64,000 nucleotides of DNA, taken from the NCBI GenBank assembly GCA_012295275.1, contig CM022678.1, positions 19,530,001 through 19,594,000 of the forward strand, in the 5' to 3' direction. Made by a program: the position numbers and the translations under genes. The DNA comes from Chrysomallon squamiferum. Taxonomy: Eukaryota > Animalia > Mollusca. Below the pieces are notes generated by a model. It had not been told where the DNA came from, searched no databases, and was given only the letters and a program-made list of their open reading frames with translations. Below, piece after piece: positions 45,828 through 58,082 of this stretch (within the stretch, counting starts at the first letter, position 1; each line of letters opens with the position of its first letter).

Positions 45828-46801
45828 TTGATTTATTTATGGATGTGATAAGAGTTTAAAATTTATGTTTCATGTTAACATAATAATAATAATAATAATA
45901 ATAATAGCAATAATAATAGCAGAAAAAAACGAAAAAAAAAAAAACAATAGCTAAATAATAAAAGTAATAATTTTATATTTTCATTCCGATTTCTTCTTTC
46001 TCAATCATCTCTTTTTTTTTTTTTTCTTATTTTTATTTTTTCTTTTCTGTTTTTTCCCTCTATGTGCTGAATTGATAAATATAACAAAATAAAATTTTCC
46101 CGCGATCCATTCAGGCGTGAAATCGAAACTCGTACACCACAAAACTGGAAGAAAAGCAACGTTCTGTGAACAACGTTACGTTTCTTACAAAAACTGGCGG
46201 TTTTATTAAACTTACCGTCTGCGCGCCTCGTTCTGCTGCTTCTCGTTCTGCCCCCTCCCTACAATCTTCTGTTTCTAATCAGCTGGCTATGGCAACCAAT
46301 CAGCTTTGTGAGAGCCCTACAGGCCATGCGGAACAACTTAACATTGATCGGTCAGTTTACTCAACTGAGTAAAACTCGTAAATTTCATTCGAGAAATCTG
46401 GAGCAAGAACATTCTTTTTTTTTTTTTCTTTTTTTTTTTCTTCTTAAAGTAGTGAGAAAAAAAAAAAAAAAAAGAAAAAAAAAAGGAAAAAAAAAAAAAA
46501 GAAAAAAAGATTAATATATATGACGCCATATACGGGTCAGTAGCTATGGCGGAATTGCCCATTCACTGAGTTTTTATTTGATCGTAAGAAGAGCTCAGTG
46601 GAACAGAATGAAAATAAACTTTCTAAAAGTCTATAAATTGCATTAGCTAAAGTACTAAAGCCAGTTACACACTGCATAATTGTTTTGAACATCGGGTTAT
46701 GATGAAAAAAAATGCTGCCATTACTACCACTACTATTAATGCCATTTCTACTGGTGCTGTTAAAACTATTATTAATTATAATTACATTCATAATAATAAT
46801 A

Positions 46802-46832
<31 letters not shown>

Positions 46833-47914
46833 GCATTTTTCCGGCAACCGTATAACCGGATGTGGTCTGTATTTCTGGATACAGTCTAAATCTTTACTTA
46901 AAATATACAATATAAAACGAAAAATATGGAAAGAAACTCTTATTTAATAGATGCACGTAAATACATTCCTAAAATGCCTTTACAGAATACATCTACATTA
47001 AACAGGATGAAAATTAAACTAAGAAAAGAAGAAATATAATTTGTATTTAAAAGATTCGCGCACACATTTTAATAGACTTTTTAATACACTTACATTTTAT
47101 GCAGTTGGCGTAGCAGCAGTAATGGTGGTAGTCGTAGTGCAGTAAAGACAACTTTTAAGATAATAACAGTGATAATAATAATAATAACCGTCTGTAACCT
47201 GTTTTGCATTAAAAAGAATACCAGTCTTGACTTTTGTAAATTTTCGTTCCAAATATTAAATAGTTAAGAATATTTGATGTTTATGGATTTTGGTGCCTGG
47301 ACTGCCATACTTTGCAGTCTCTTATTTTGAAATATTAGTCAATTTTTGAAAATATTTTCATTCCCAGTTCGAAATCAAAATCCGATATTTGTTTCAAGCG
47401 TTATAACAAGGCTAATGTAATAAATGAAAAAATTAAAACAGTTTCGTATCTAAAACGAATCAAATAAATTAATAACGGGGGATGACAAGTCACGCATGCG
47501 CATCTGACAACTGTCAAACTGTCACTTTAAAACGTATTTCGGTGAGAGGACAATTTGTTTCCCGTGAGAAATTTTAAAAATATATACGTATTTTTTTTTC
47601 TATCTGCTGCAAATTGAGTTTCTGCGACCGAAATTACATCAAACATTTTCCAAAACAGCGCGTCAAAACGAGATGGTGCGTATTTAATCAGCGTCAAGTC
47701 CCGCGGGAAAGAACAAATGACGACATAGATTCCGACCAACTGCGCGGTGCGCCTGATTACCGTGAAATACAGCAAGAAATCAGAAAAATAATCAGCTTGA
47801 AGTGAAAATGTACGATTTGAAAATTTGACTGTCAACTCTGTTTTTAACTTAATGAACTGAAGCCAGAACCAGATATTTATATAAGATTTATTTGTTTCTT
47901 GTTTTTTTTTTTTT

Positions 47915-47946
<32 letters not shown>

Positions 47947-48060
47947 TTTTCTTTCTTTCTTTCTTTATTTCTTTCTTTATTTGTTTATTTATTTTCTTGT
48001 GGCAAATAATTTGAAACTTTTTTATCATCGTTGTTTTGTTGTAATAATAATAACAATAAC

Positions 48061-48122
<62 letters not shown>

Positions 48123-48340
48123 CAACAACAACAACAACAATAACTGTAATAATAATAATAATAATCCAAAGTTAGGGTATCAGCCAGAGGCATTCCTGGG
48201 TAGAAAACAACGACACTACGTCAGAACGGTAAAATGGCGTCGTCCATGCTTTCTGGGGATCTTCTACTTTATTGTTAGGAAAGTGTACTGTTCAATTACA
48301 AAAATAATATTTCTAATTATTTTGAGATGTGTATGTCTGT

Positions 48341-48384
<44 letters not shown>

Positions 48385-48413
48385 ATATATATATTTGTAT
48401 TTGTATTTTTCAG

Positions 48414-48524
48414 GTGACGCTATGCACTGTGGGATACGGTGATGTGGTGCCTACAACTTGGGGAGGAAAAGTCATAGCTTCCATTGCACAAATCATTTGT
48501 ATATCCTTCTTCGCTCTTCCTGCG
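48414..48524 (+). CDS. KCNQ: KCNQ exon: selectivity filter and S6 ([37 protein letters not shown])
   Basis: tttttcag| ... |gttagt, 111 nt, phase 0->0. Contains the K+ filter TVGYGD and SFFALPA. Confidence 0.97.
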
Positions 48525-49277
48525 GTTAGTAGAAACTATATCAATTTTTGTACCCTAATGCAAAAGACACCAACACTGACCCTATATCTACCTACGTATA
48601 AGATGTATGTTTCAATTTTTAATTAAAATGAAAATGGTATAGTACACATTCATATATTGAGTACATATATATATATATAACCTCTCTCATGAGGAGTCAA
48701 CGAGAATTTATTTGTGTTCTTAAAACGATAAAGATCAAGCAGAACTTGGGATCACTGTGAAACAATACACGAAAAACCGGAATCTACCGCAAAGACACAT
48801 AAACACTAACCTTCCATCGTTATTTATAACAAACCGCTATTGTTTCCTCGCACAAACGAGAGACTGAACTTTACACTAGGGAATAACGTGTACCGCCACA
48901 AGATATTATTCAGAATACGGCTTCTCACCAGAGGGCGCTATTACTCTTTACAAGAGACGTCTTGGGGGTAGCTAGGGTCAGACAAAAGCTAAAATTCAAA
49001 CCAGCAGCAGGCTCAGTTTGTCAAATTTGGAAACAGCCATAAATGGAAGTTTATCTGTTTCTGGTGATGTGTTGAGAAAAAGGTAAACTGAAAGTGTGAC
49101 TTTCTGTATTTTTAGTTATTGTTTTTGTAATAGCTAGTAACGCGAACAGGTTCTACGGGGTAAAAAAAAAAATAATAATAATAATAAATAAATAAATAAT
49201 TTTTTTTTGTTGTTTTCTCATATCTGCAAAAATACAGAGAGATATGTATATGGACACATGGATTTTTATAATCTTTC

Positions 49278-49324
<47 letters not shown>

Positions 49325-49644
49325 TAAATATCTAGAAGCGTGCATATGTAGATATATGCACACATAAACTGATACATGCCCACAGGTACATATGAATAGA
49401 GATATATAAATACACACATACACATATACATACATACATACATACATACATACATACATACATACATACATACATACATACATACATACATACATACATA
49501 CCATCATCGGTATTATCACACAATCATCAACATCATCATTATCATTATTATTATCACCATCATCATAAACCATCATCATCATCATCATCATTATTATAAC
49601 TATTATTATTATTATCATTATTATTACTGTTATTATTATTATTA

Positions 49645-49780
<136 letters not shown>

Positions 49781-49881
49781 AATCAACCCATAACCAGTTC
49801 TTCGTTATAGTCAACATAAGCGTTTTCTTATGAAAAGTTTTTTTTAATTTTTTATTAAAATACATTTATATAAACTTTCAG

Positions 49882-50066
49882 GGTATCCTTGGTTCGGGAT
49901 TTGCCTTGAAAGTACAGCAGCAACAACGTCAGAAACATCTGAACCGACGGCGCATCCCCGCCGCGCAGCTTATACAGTGTTTGTGGCGGTGTTACGCCGC
50001 AGATGAACATTCTATGTCAGTTGCTACGTGGAAACCTCACATGATACCGTGTCCCAGTCCAACGTT
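49882..50066 (+). CDS. KCNQ: KCNQ exon: end of S6 and helix A with IQ-like calmodulin motif ([61 protein letters not shown])
   Basis: ctttcag| ... |gtaaga, 185 nt, phase 0->2. Contains the [12 protein letters not shown] and IQxxWR motifs. Confidence 0.97.
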
Positions 50067-50101
50067 GTAAGACGAGTTATTTATCTGTTTATTTATTTAT
50101 T

Positions 50102-50146
<45 letters not shown>

Positions 50147-50935
50147 TTAATTTATTTTACGTGTTTGTTTATTTATTCATTTGTTTATTCATTTATTTAT
50201 TTATTTATTTATTTATTTGTTTGTTTGTTTATTTATTTACTTACCTTATTTATGTATTTATTTATTTATTTATTTATGTATTCATTCATTTATTTATTTA
50301 TTTATTTATTTATTTACTTACTTACCTTGTTTATTGGTTGATTTATTTATTTACTTATTTGTAGATTTATTTACTTACTTACTTACTTTCTTATTTATTT
50401 ACTTATTTATTTTTTATTTTTTTACTGACTTATCTATTTATTTACTTCATTACTTACTTATTTACTTACCTTATTATTTATTTTACTTTCTTACTTACTC
50501 ACTTATTTACTTATTTAGTTATTTATTTACTTTGTTATTTACTCATTTGCATACTTACTTAATTATATACTCACTTACATATTTACTTACCTACTTACTT
50601 ACTAACTTATTTGTTTACTTATTGTTTGGGTTAAATATAAATTTATTGTTCCTTAACAGCCGAAATAACTTTTCATTAATTTTGACTTCGAAGTAAGAAA
50701 ATCTTTAAAATGTGCTATAGACTCAGACTTTAACTGATTTTCATATTAGTCTACATGGTAAAAATCATGACACAGAAAGGACTAATACTAATACATTCAA
50801 AGCCTTATTAATTATTTTAAATTAAAATGAATTATTTTAATTTAAAATGAATTATTTTTATTTATTTATTAATTATTTATTACGTGTTCGTTTCTATTTG
50901 TGCTAAAAGCAGTGATATTATTATTATTATTATTA

Positions 50936-50967
<32 letters not shown>

Positions 50968-51340
50968 GCTATTAGGAACATTCCTCAAATACAAAAAATT
51001 TGCTCGAAGCAATAATGGCGTAGAAAAATAATGATGCTTTAGTCTTTTAAGGTTTCTTGTTTCCGGCAAATTTCAAAAAGGATTTTTTGGGGTTTTTTTT
51101 TGTTTTTTTTTTTTACCCTTCTTCGCCTTCTTATTATTATTTTTTTTCTTTCTTAAATAAAATCTTTCATCGCTGCGATCTCTGTACTATTATAGCGTTG
51201 CGATTTTATTTATTTATTTATTCATTCATTCAATTTTTTTGGAACTTTATATTATTAACAAAACTTTTCCTTATGATACATCAATTGATAACTGGATAAA
51301 TGGTCTAAAAGAGTCACTGAGGTATGGAACAAAAAATATA

Positions 51341-51373
<33 letters not shown>

Positions 51374-51389
51374 AACGCACTATTTTCAG

Positions 51390-51584
51390 CGAGCGACCGT
51401 GGAAGAATAACGCGTCGTTTGTGAGTCGGTTCAGCACGAGGCGCCGTGATCGCTCCGGCACGAACTCCAGCCAACGAGAAGGCACGTTTAGCAGCAGTAT
51501 TAATTCTCCCATGATTCCCCGTCACCTCAATCGAAAGTTTAATGGACAAGCTCAGGAGGACGATGTTCCAGACGCTCTAAGTAG
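51390..51584 (+). CDS. KCNQ: KCNQ exon: helix A-B linker (FERPWKNNASFVSRFSTRRRDRSG...EDDVPDALS)
   Basis: ttttcag| ... AG|gtcagt, 195 nt, phase 2->2, open and in frame with both neighbours. It is a GC-richer island in an AT-rich intron context. Confidence 0.85.
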
Positions 51585-51603
51585 GTCAGTACGAAAAAAA
51601 TTC

Positions 51604-51935
51604 ATATATTATGTTAATTACCTTGCACAGTGAAGAAATATGGTTATCACATTCTTACACTGTGGTAATATATTATGTTAATTACGTTTTTTACACTGTG
51701 GTAATATATTATGTTAATTAGGTTTTTATACTGTGGTAATATATTATGTTAATTACGTTTTTACACTGTGGTAATATATTATGTTAATTACGTTATTACA
51801 GTATGGCAGTATATTATGTTAATTACGTTTTCACACTTTCGTAATATGTTAATTACATTTGATACACTGTTGTGATATGTTAATTAGCATTCAACACTAA
51901 TAATATATTATGTTAATTGCCTATTCCCACTATTG
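51604..51935. repeat. ~35-bp minisatellite (acactgtggtaatatattatgttaattacgttttt) immediately downstream of a KCNQ donor site
   Basis: About 8-9 copies that decay towards both ends. Confidence 0.85.
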
Positions 51936-52510
51936 TAATGCGTTACTGTAGCACTTGTTACATTCTCGTCATAAATTTATTGATTATTTCTTGCATTATA
52001 TATATATTTTTTTGATAATGTATTTCGTTACATAAGCACCATTTACATAATATATTATATAAGTATCTCGTTAATTTCTTATTATCATGCAACAGGTCAT
52101 ACGTACATACATACGTACGTACATACATTTCACAAGAAATCAGCTCCCTAACGGATAAACATAATTATATATTAATGTAAATTAAATTAAAAAAAAAAAT
52201 AATCTATACATTTTAATGGTCTTCCTTGTAGAAAGAATTTTGCTTTCATATATTCTATTAATGAATTACTTTTTCATGTCATATATTATATTAATTAAGC
52301 ACTTCAGTCGAAAATTCGATAGCAACATATTAATTTATTTTATGGTGATGTGTTAATATGACCAGTTCTGACACTGTTAATTACGCCATTTAATACATAA
52401 ATTTCGTATTGTTTGTGTTATTTTATGGAAATATTTCAATCATTTTATTATTATTTTTGCTGTTATTATTATTATTATTATTTTTATTTTTATTTTTATT
52501 ATTATTATTA

Positions 52511-52560
<50 letters not shown>

Positions 52561-52768
52561 TAAACGAATCAGAAAACCATTAAAACAGGAGTAGAAATCA
52601 TTATATGTGAACCATATAATCTTCATGAATAAGCATTGATTAACGTATTCAAATACTCAGTAATTGTGGCCTTTTTCTACTTGTTGTTTGCATGGGGCAT
52701 ATTTGCATCCCTGCCAAATAAAACACAATAAGATAATAATATTTATTATTTAATTATTTTACTTCATG

Positions 52769-52816
<48 letters not shown>

Positions 52817-53173
52817 TACGAAGGACATAATTACGATAATATTACAGTTGTTATACCACAACGTTTCGTTTATTTGAATATGCACCATCAACATTTTATC
52901 ATTAATATTTTCTTTTGTCCCCTGCTGAAATAAAAACCATTTATTTTCGAAGTATTGATATGCCACGCCTGTTTGGAATGAATGCACAGTGACCTACATT
53001 TTATTTTTATTTTTTTATTTTTATTTTTTTTATTGATTTATTTTTTTTTTTTTTTTTTTCATTTTTAATGTGTTTGGCTATTTATGATTTGTTTCCATCA
53101 TCATGCTGTTGATACGTTTATTCAATGTGCTAAATGTAAAAATGTATTTTTATTTCTCCCCCCGCCTGCATAG

Positions 53174-53191
53174 TCTCGTCAACCGCACATG
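53174..53191 (+). CDS. KCNQ: Candidate 18-nt KCNQ microexon in the A-B linker (R replaced by SLVNRTW)
   Basis: Pyrimidine-rich tract plus catag|TCTCGTCAACCGCACATG|gtaagt (strong donor). Symmetric phase 2->2, with no stop whether included or skipped. Confidence 0.65.
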
Positions 53192-53423
53192 GTAAGTCTT
53201 CCCAGACAACAGCTTACTTCCGGTTTGCTTGTGCTACTTCCGGAACGTACTATGCATGTTTGTGAAACGTATTTTATATGAATGTGGTTATTTTATTATT
53301 ATTATTATTATTATTACATTTTCTTAGTATTTTTATTCTTATTTATTTATTTATTCTTTTATTTTTTTAATTTATTGTTACTATCACTACTACTACTACA
53401 ACAACAACTACTACTACTACTAC

Positions 53424-53477
<54 letters not shown>

Positions 53478-54470
53478 TACTACTACTACTACTATTATTA
53501 TTATTATTATTTTCTCTGTTTTTTGTTCTTGCATGGCATGACAACACTTAAATGCTGTTTAAATATTTTCTTGAAATAAATCTCTACTTAGACACTAACG
53601 TTTACCGAGACTAGAATGATATTGTTTAGCTATTTTTTCTTTGTCAGTGAAATAAAATAGACTGTGGGTGTGTTTTCTGAATCCGAGTGATTTAATATGA
53701 GCTGTGGATTAACCTATAAAAAAATAAGTTGTTTATAGCCTTTTCTCAAGTCTCAAGTTCGAACCTTCACGTTGGAAGATGATACTGGATTTTAAAAATT
53801 GCTTAAATATATAATTTTCTCAAATTTCTTTTTTCTATGAAAAATATTTGTTATTAATTTTAATATATGTATTTTTTGTGAAAATAATAAAAATAATAAT
53901 AATAACAATAATTATTTGATGTATTATTATTATTATTATTACTATTATTATTATTATTATTATTATTATTATGTTATTTTTGATATTTAAAAAATTAATA
54001 TGTTCCGTTTTGATGTTTAAAAAAGTAATATATACTTCTTATATCTATGTACATATCTACCTTTATTTTTGCTATAAAATTATAGTGGCATGTTAGAATT
54101 ACTAGAACTAATTCTCTCTCTTTCTCTCTCTCAGTATGTTTGTAACATAATGATAACATTTCTTAATATAATAAAATAGTTGAATATTAGTGACATTATA
54201 TTAATACTGTGTGTACATTAGCAATGTAGAAAAGAGCATTTTGTATAAAATATGCATTTAAAACAATTTTTATTATTTTAAATATCTATAAAATGAATGT
54301 GAATGGTAAGATAAGTGTTTATGTATGTTTCATATGATGTTAACATTTCAGTATGTAATATGATATATATATAAAAGTGAAATAATATTACAAACTAATT
54401 TCATATACAAAGAACATGCAACTATTAGCATATAGCAGGTTATATTAATATAAATTTTGATGTTGTTGTT

Positions 54471-54563
<93 letters not shown>

Positions 54564-54979
54564 ACTATCTGTAATCATGCTGTCTTAAATATGCAGTGTA
54601 TAAGCAGATACATTAGGCATTGCTTGTGTACATAAAAATGTATAAATTTAGTTTCGTATTTTGCTCATTCTGATATTTTTATTGTTATAAATGTAGATAG
54701 TGTAGAGTGTTAATGTACAGAGTTGCCTATATCTTCCAAAAATCTCAAGATACACTTTAAATATATATATATTTATATATCTTCATGTTATTATTTTTTT
54801 TTTCACCTCAATTGCAAATTACATTTTCTTTTTCTCTTAAACTTGTCTTCGTTATATTTTTTTTCACTTTATTTTCTACTTTTCTTTATTCTCTTTAATA
54901 TATTATTTATTTTTGCAATTCTTATCAATACTCTATCACTCACTATTGATTTATTTTATCGACTGGTTCTTCCTCACAG

Positions 54980-55083
54980 GAGCCACCTCAGTTTAGCTAC
55001 CGGTTTACCGGAACAACGCGCAGGCGATCATCTTCCGGTCCGGAAGGAGAATTCTATGACTTCCATTTCTAAAGAGTCAGAAG
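54980..55083 (+). CDS. KCNQ: KCNQ exon: A-B linker (SHLSLATGLPEQRAGDHLPVRKENSMTSISKESE)
   Basis: cctcacag| ... AG|gttggt, 104 nt, phase 2->1. It is needed to restore the phase between 51584 and 55658. Confidence 0.82.
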
Positions 55084-55287
55084 GTTGGTGAACCAATCAG
55101 CGAGCACGTACTTGCACTGTCATTTGAATAATAACACCATCAGTTCGTTTTATATGATTTATGTTCATAAAGTCAACTTATTCTAAGTAATTACTGCAAG
55201 TAACAGTCTCAGCAGATGAGAGATGTGGATATTGTGATATGTAGATACTGCTAAATTTATAAAGGTTGCCATGTATGTCTCTCTGTC

Positions 55288-55376
<89 letters not shown>

Positions 55377-55657
55377 TCTTACTGACCACTGCTATAATAT
55401 AATCACCTTCAAAGTATCTACTCATTCTGTTTTGTAACAAGAACTATTTTTATAGAATGATTCTTTTTTCTGATTACACTTTTCATCGCCTTATCTTCCT
55501 TTACTTTATTTATTTGATTATTTTTGTCATTATATTTTTTACTCATTTACTTGCTATTTATTTATTTATTTATTTATTTATTTGTTTATTTATTATTGTA
55601 TTTATTTTATTTTATTTTATTTTATTTCATTTTATATTATTATATTTTATCTTACAG

Positions 55658-55859
55658 ACGAACCAGATTTATCTCCCCGTTACCAGCAACTGACAGATGT
55701 TCACAAATGCGCAATCCGATCATTGCGCAAGATCCGGTATTTTGTAGCACGCCGGAAGTTCCGCGAAGCTTTACGACCATATGACGTCAAAGACGTCATA
55801 GAACAGTACTCGGCTGGTCACGTGGACATGCTGGGTCGAGTGAAAAATTTACAATCCAG
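55658..55859 (+). CDS. KCNQ: KCNQ exon: helix B and start of helix C ([68 protein letters not shown])
   Basis: cttacag| ... AG|gtaaaa, 202 nt, phase 1->2. Carries the KCNQ C-terminal signature [16 protein letters not shown]. Confidence 0.97.
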
Positions 55860-55934
55860 GTAAAATTCAATAAATTTTTTCTTTTTTTAAAATTGTAATT
55901 TCTTGTTGTTGTTGTTGTTCTTCTTCTTCTTCTT

Positions 55935-56021
<87 letters not shown>

Positions 56022-56535
56022 GTTATTATTATAAATGTATTGATCCTGGTTTATTACTGTTGTTTCTATTAATACAACTATTATACCTGTTGTCAAACAC
56101 AGAAATAACAAAATTATTACTACTACTACTACTACAATTACTACTAATACTACTAATACTACTACTAGTACTACTATTACTTCTACTACTACACCAGCAT
56201 TTTTATTCTATTATTAATATTTATAATTTGTACGCCACCACTATTGCTACATCTTCTGCCTACTACTATTGCTACCACTACTACTACGACTACTACTACT
56301 GTTCTACTGCTGCAGCTACATCTATTAAAACAACAGCAAGTTCTACCATTACTAATATTGTTTCAAAATTCTTATTTTCTCTTTTACAACATAACCATCA
56401 CCACTACTACTGTTACTATTTTACTATTAAAACTACTATTTCTGTATTATCATTGCCATCATGATCATCACCTTAACAATGGCAATCCGTTCTATATTCC
56501 TTGTTTTTATTATTTTTTTTCCTTTTTGTTTCCAG

Positions 56536-56632
56536 ACTTGATCAGATCCTTGGCAAGGCTGGTTCAAAGAACAAAGACGTTTATGATTCAAAACAAAGTT
56601 TGGCTTCCAGAATAGTGAAAGTAGAAAGATCG
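56536..56632 (+). CDS. KCNQ: KCNQ exon: helix C end and helix D start (LDQILGKAGSKNKDVYDSKQSLASRIVKVERS)
   Basis: tttccag| ... |gtaagc, 97 nt, phase 2->0. Contains the RLDQILG and SxxxRxVKVE motifs. Confidence 0.95.
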
Positions 56633-56948
56633 GTAAGCATGACGTCATAGTCACAGACTTGCGTCACAAGCTCTGTTGCTATGGGAAGTGGCAGCAATAA
56701 ATTACTGCAATCGTTTCGGTATATTTTGACGATTCCGATCTTAAATATTGAAACAGAATGTAATCAGTTAGAAAATGATATAATAAATGTTTGATTATCA
56801 TTTATGTATTATGAGCAGCAATAAGAGTTTCAGTATTATTTATTTATAGTCCTTTTTCCCCTTTCTTCATTGTGTTCTTCTTGTTGTTTTTTTTTCTTTT
56901 TTTATTTTATTATTATTGTTGTTATTGTTGTTGTTGTTGTTGTTCTTC

Positions 56949-56979
<31 letters not shown>

Positions 56980-57161
56980 GTCGTTTAAATTATTATTGTT
57001 TTGTTTTTATTATTATCATCATTAGCATTCTCTTGTTGCTATTGTTGTTGTTATTGTTTTTGGTATTATTATTATTATTGTTGTTGTTGTTGTTGTTATT
57101 ATTGTTATTATTATTATTATTATTATTGTTGTTGTTATTGTTATTGTTATTGTTATTTCAG

Positions 57162-57923
57162 GTTGAAGACATCGAGTGTAAAATAGACTCTCTGCTGGAC
57201 ATGTATCAGGATGACAGACGCATGCTGTTACAGTACATCAACAATCAGAACAGACAGACAGACACGCCCACTGAACCGTGCGCGAAGCCCAAGCCACGCC
57301 CCATCCTCGTCGACAAGCTGTTCACCAGCGAGCCGGCCACGCCTACCGGCACGGCTCAAAACCCTCTGAAGCCTATGCAACGAAACCTTTCCGATCTGAG
57401 CCAGCGAATCAAGAAGCGAGTCACGTACCGATGCCTGTCGCTGAACGAGCCGCAGAGCAGCGCCAGACACGGCCTCTGCCCGCCCAACCACAGCAGCGGC
57501 GACAACCCGTGCAACTCTCCGCCAGATGTCACCGTTTCGTTCGCGAGGGACCCGCCCGTGAGTTGCCTCAAACATTCCAAGTCGGACTGTGCGGAGCAGA
57601 ACGTGCAGCTGCTTGACATAGACCACCTCGCTGCCGACACTCCGAGAAGCAGCTGCGAAGATTCGCTAAAGGGAAGCTACTCTGACACCATAGAGGAAAA
57701 GACTATGAGCGAGAGTTCGTCCTTGCTCGACAACAGCGACGTAGGGGACGACGTTGTGTTTTCATTCCCAGGAGACGTGAAGGAGCCGAACGGACTGAAT
57801 GCGGAGAATGTGCACCAGAAGGAGACGTCCGTGGACAAAAATATAAAAGTTTCAATCAATGAGCATACTCTAGACTTCCATATTAAATGTGATACGACTA
57901 AAGAAAATCATAACATTTGTTGA
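57162..57923 (+). CDS. KCNQ: KCNQ terminal coding exon: helix D coiled coil and long acidic/Ser-rich tail (VEDIECKIDSLLDMY...TKENHNIC*)
   Basis: atttcag|GTT, phase 0, 253 codons to TGA at 57921-57923. Contains the helix D motif VxxIExKxDxLLxxY and is GC-rich. Confidence 0.95.
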   Translation, partial: VEDIECKIDSLLDMYQDDRRMLLQYINNQNRQTDTPTEPCAKPKPRPILVDKLFTSEPATPTGTAQNPLKPMQRNLSDLSQRIKKRVTYRCLSLNEPQSSARHGLCPPNHSSGDNPCNSPPDVTVSFARDPPVSCLKHSKSDCAEQNVQLLDIDHLAADTPRSSCEDSLKGSYSDTIEEKTMSESSSLLDNSDVGDDVVFSFPGDVKEPNGLNAENVHQKETSVDKNIKVSINEHTLDFHIKCDTTKENHNIC

Positions 57924-58005
57924 TATTTCCAGTTCCGTTTTTTTTTTCTTTATTTCGACCTGTTGTATTTTTATATGTTGTTCAGTTATTTTGTCAGTTG
58001 TTTTC

Positions 58006-58036
<31 letters not shown>

Positions 58037-58076
58037 TAATGTCTCTAACTTCATGCCCATCTTCCTCTGTCTGGTG

Positions 58077-58082
58077 AATAAA
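58077..58082 (+). terminator. Candidate proximal poly(A) signal for KCNQ
   Basis: First AATAAA after the stop codon, followed by T/GT-rich sequence. AATAAA is common by chance in this AT-rich DNA. Confidence 0.3.

Noticed and set aside
56916-57161. Hydrophobic poly-Leu N-terminal part of the 335-aa ORF as a signal or transmembrane segment
   Set aside because: It is intronic (TTA/TTG)n microsatellite upstream of the acceptor at 57161.
57228-57859. Overlapping alternative-frame and antisense ORFs in the last KCNQ exon
   Set aside because: They are expected shadows of a GC-rich coding exon and have no independent signals.
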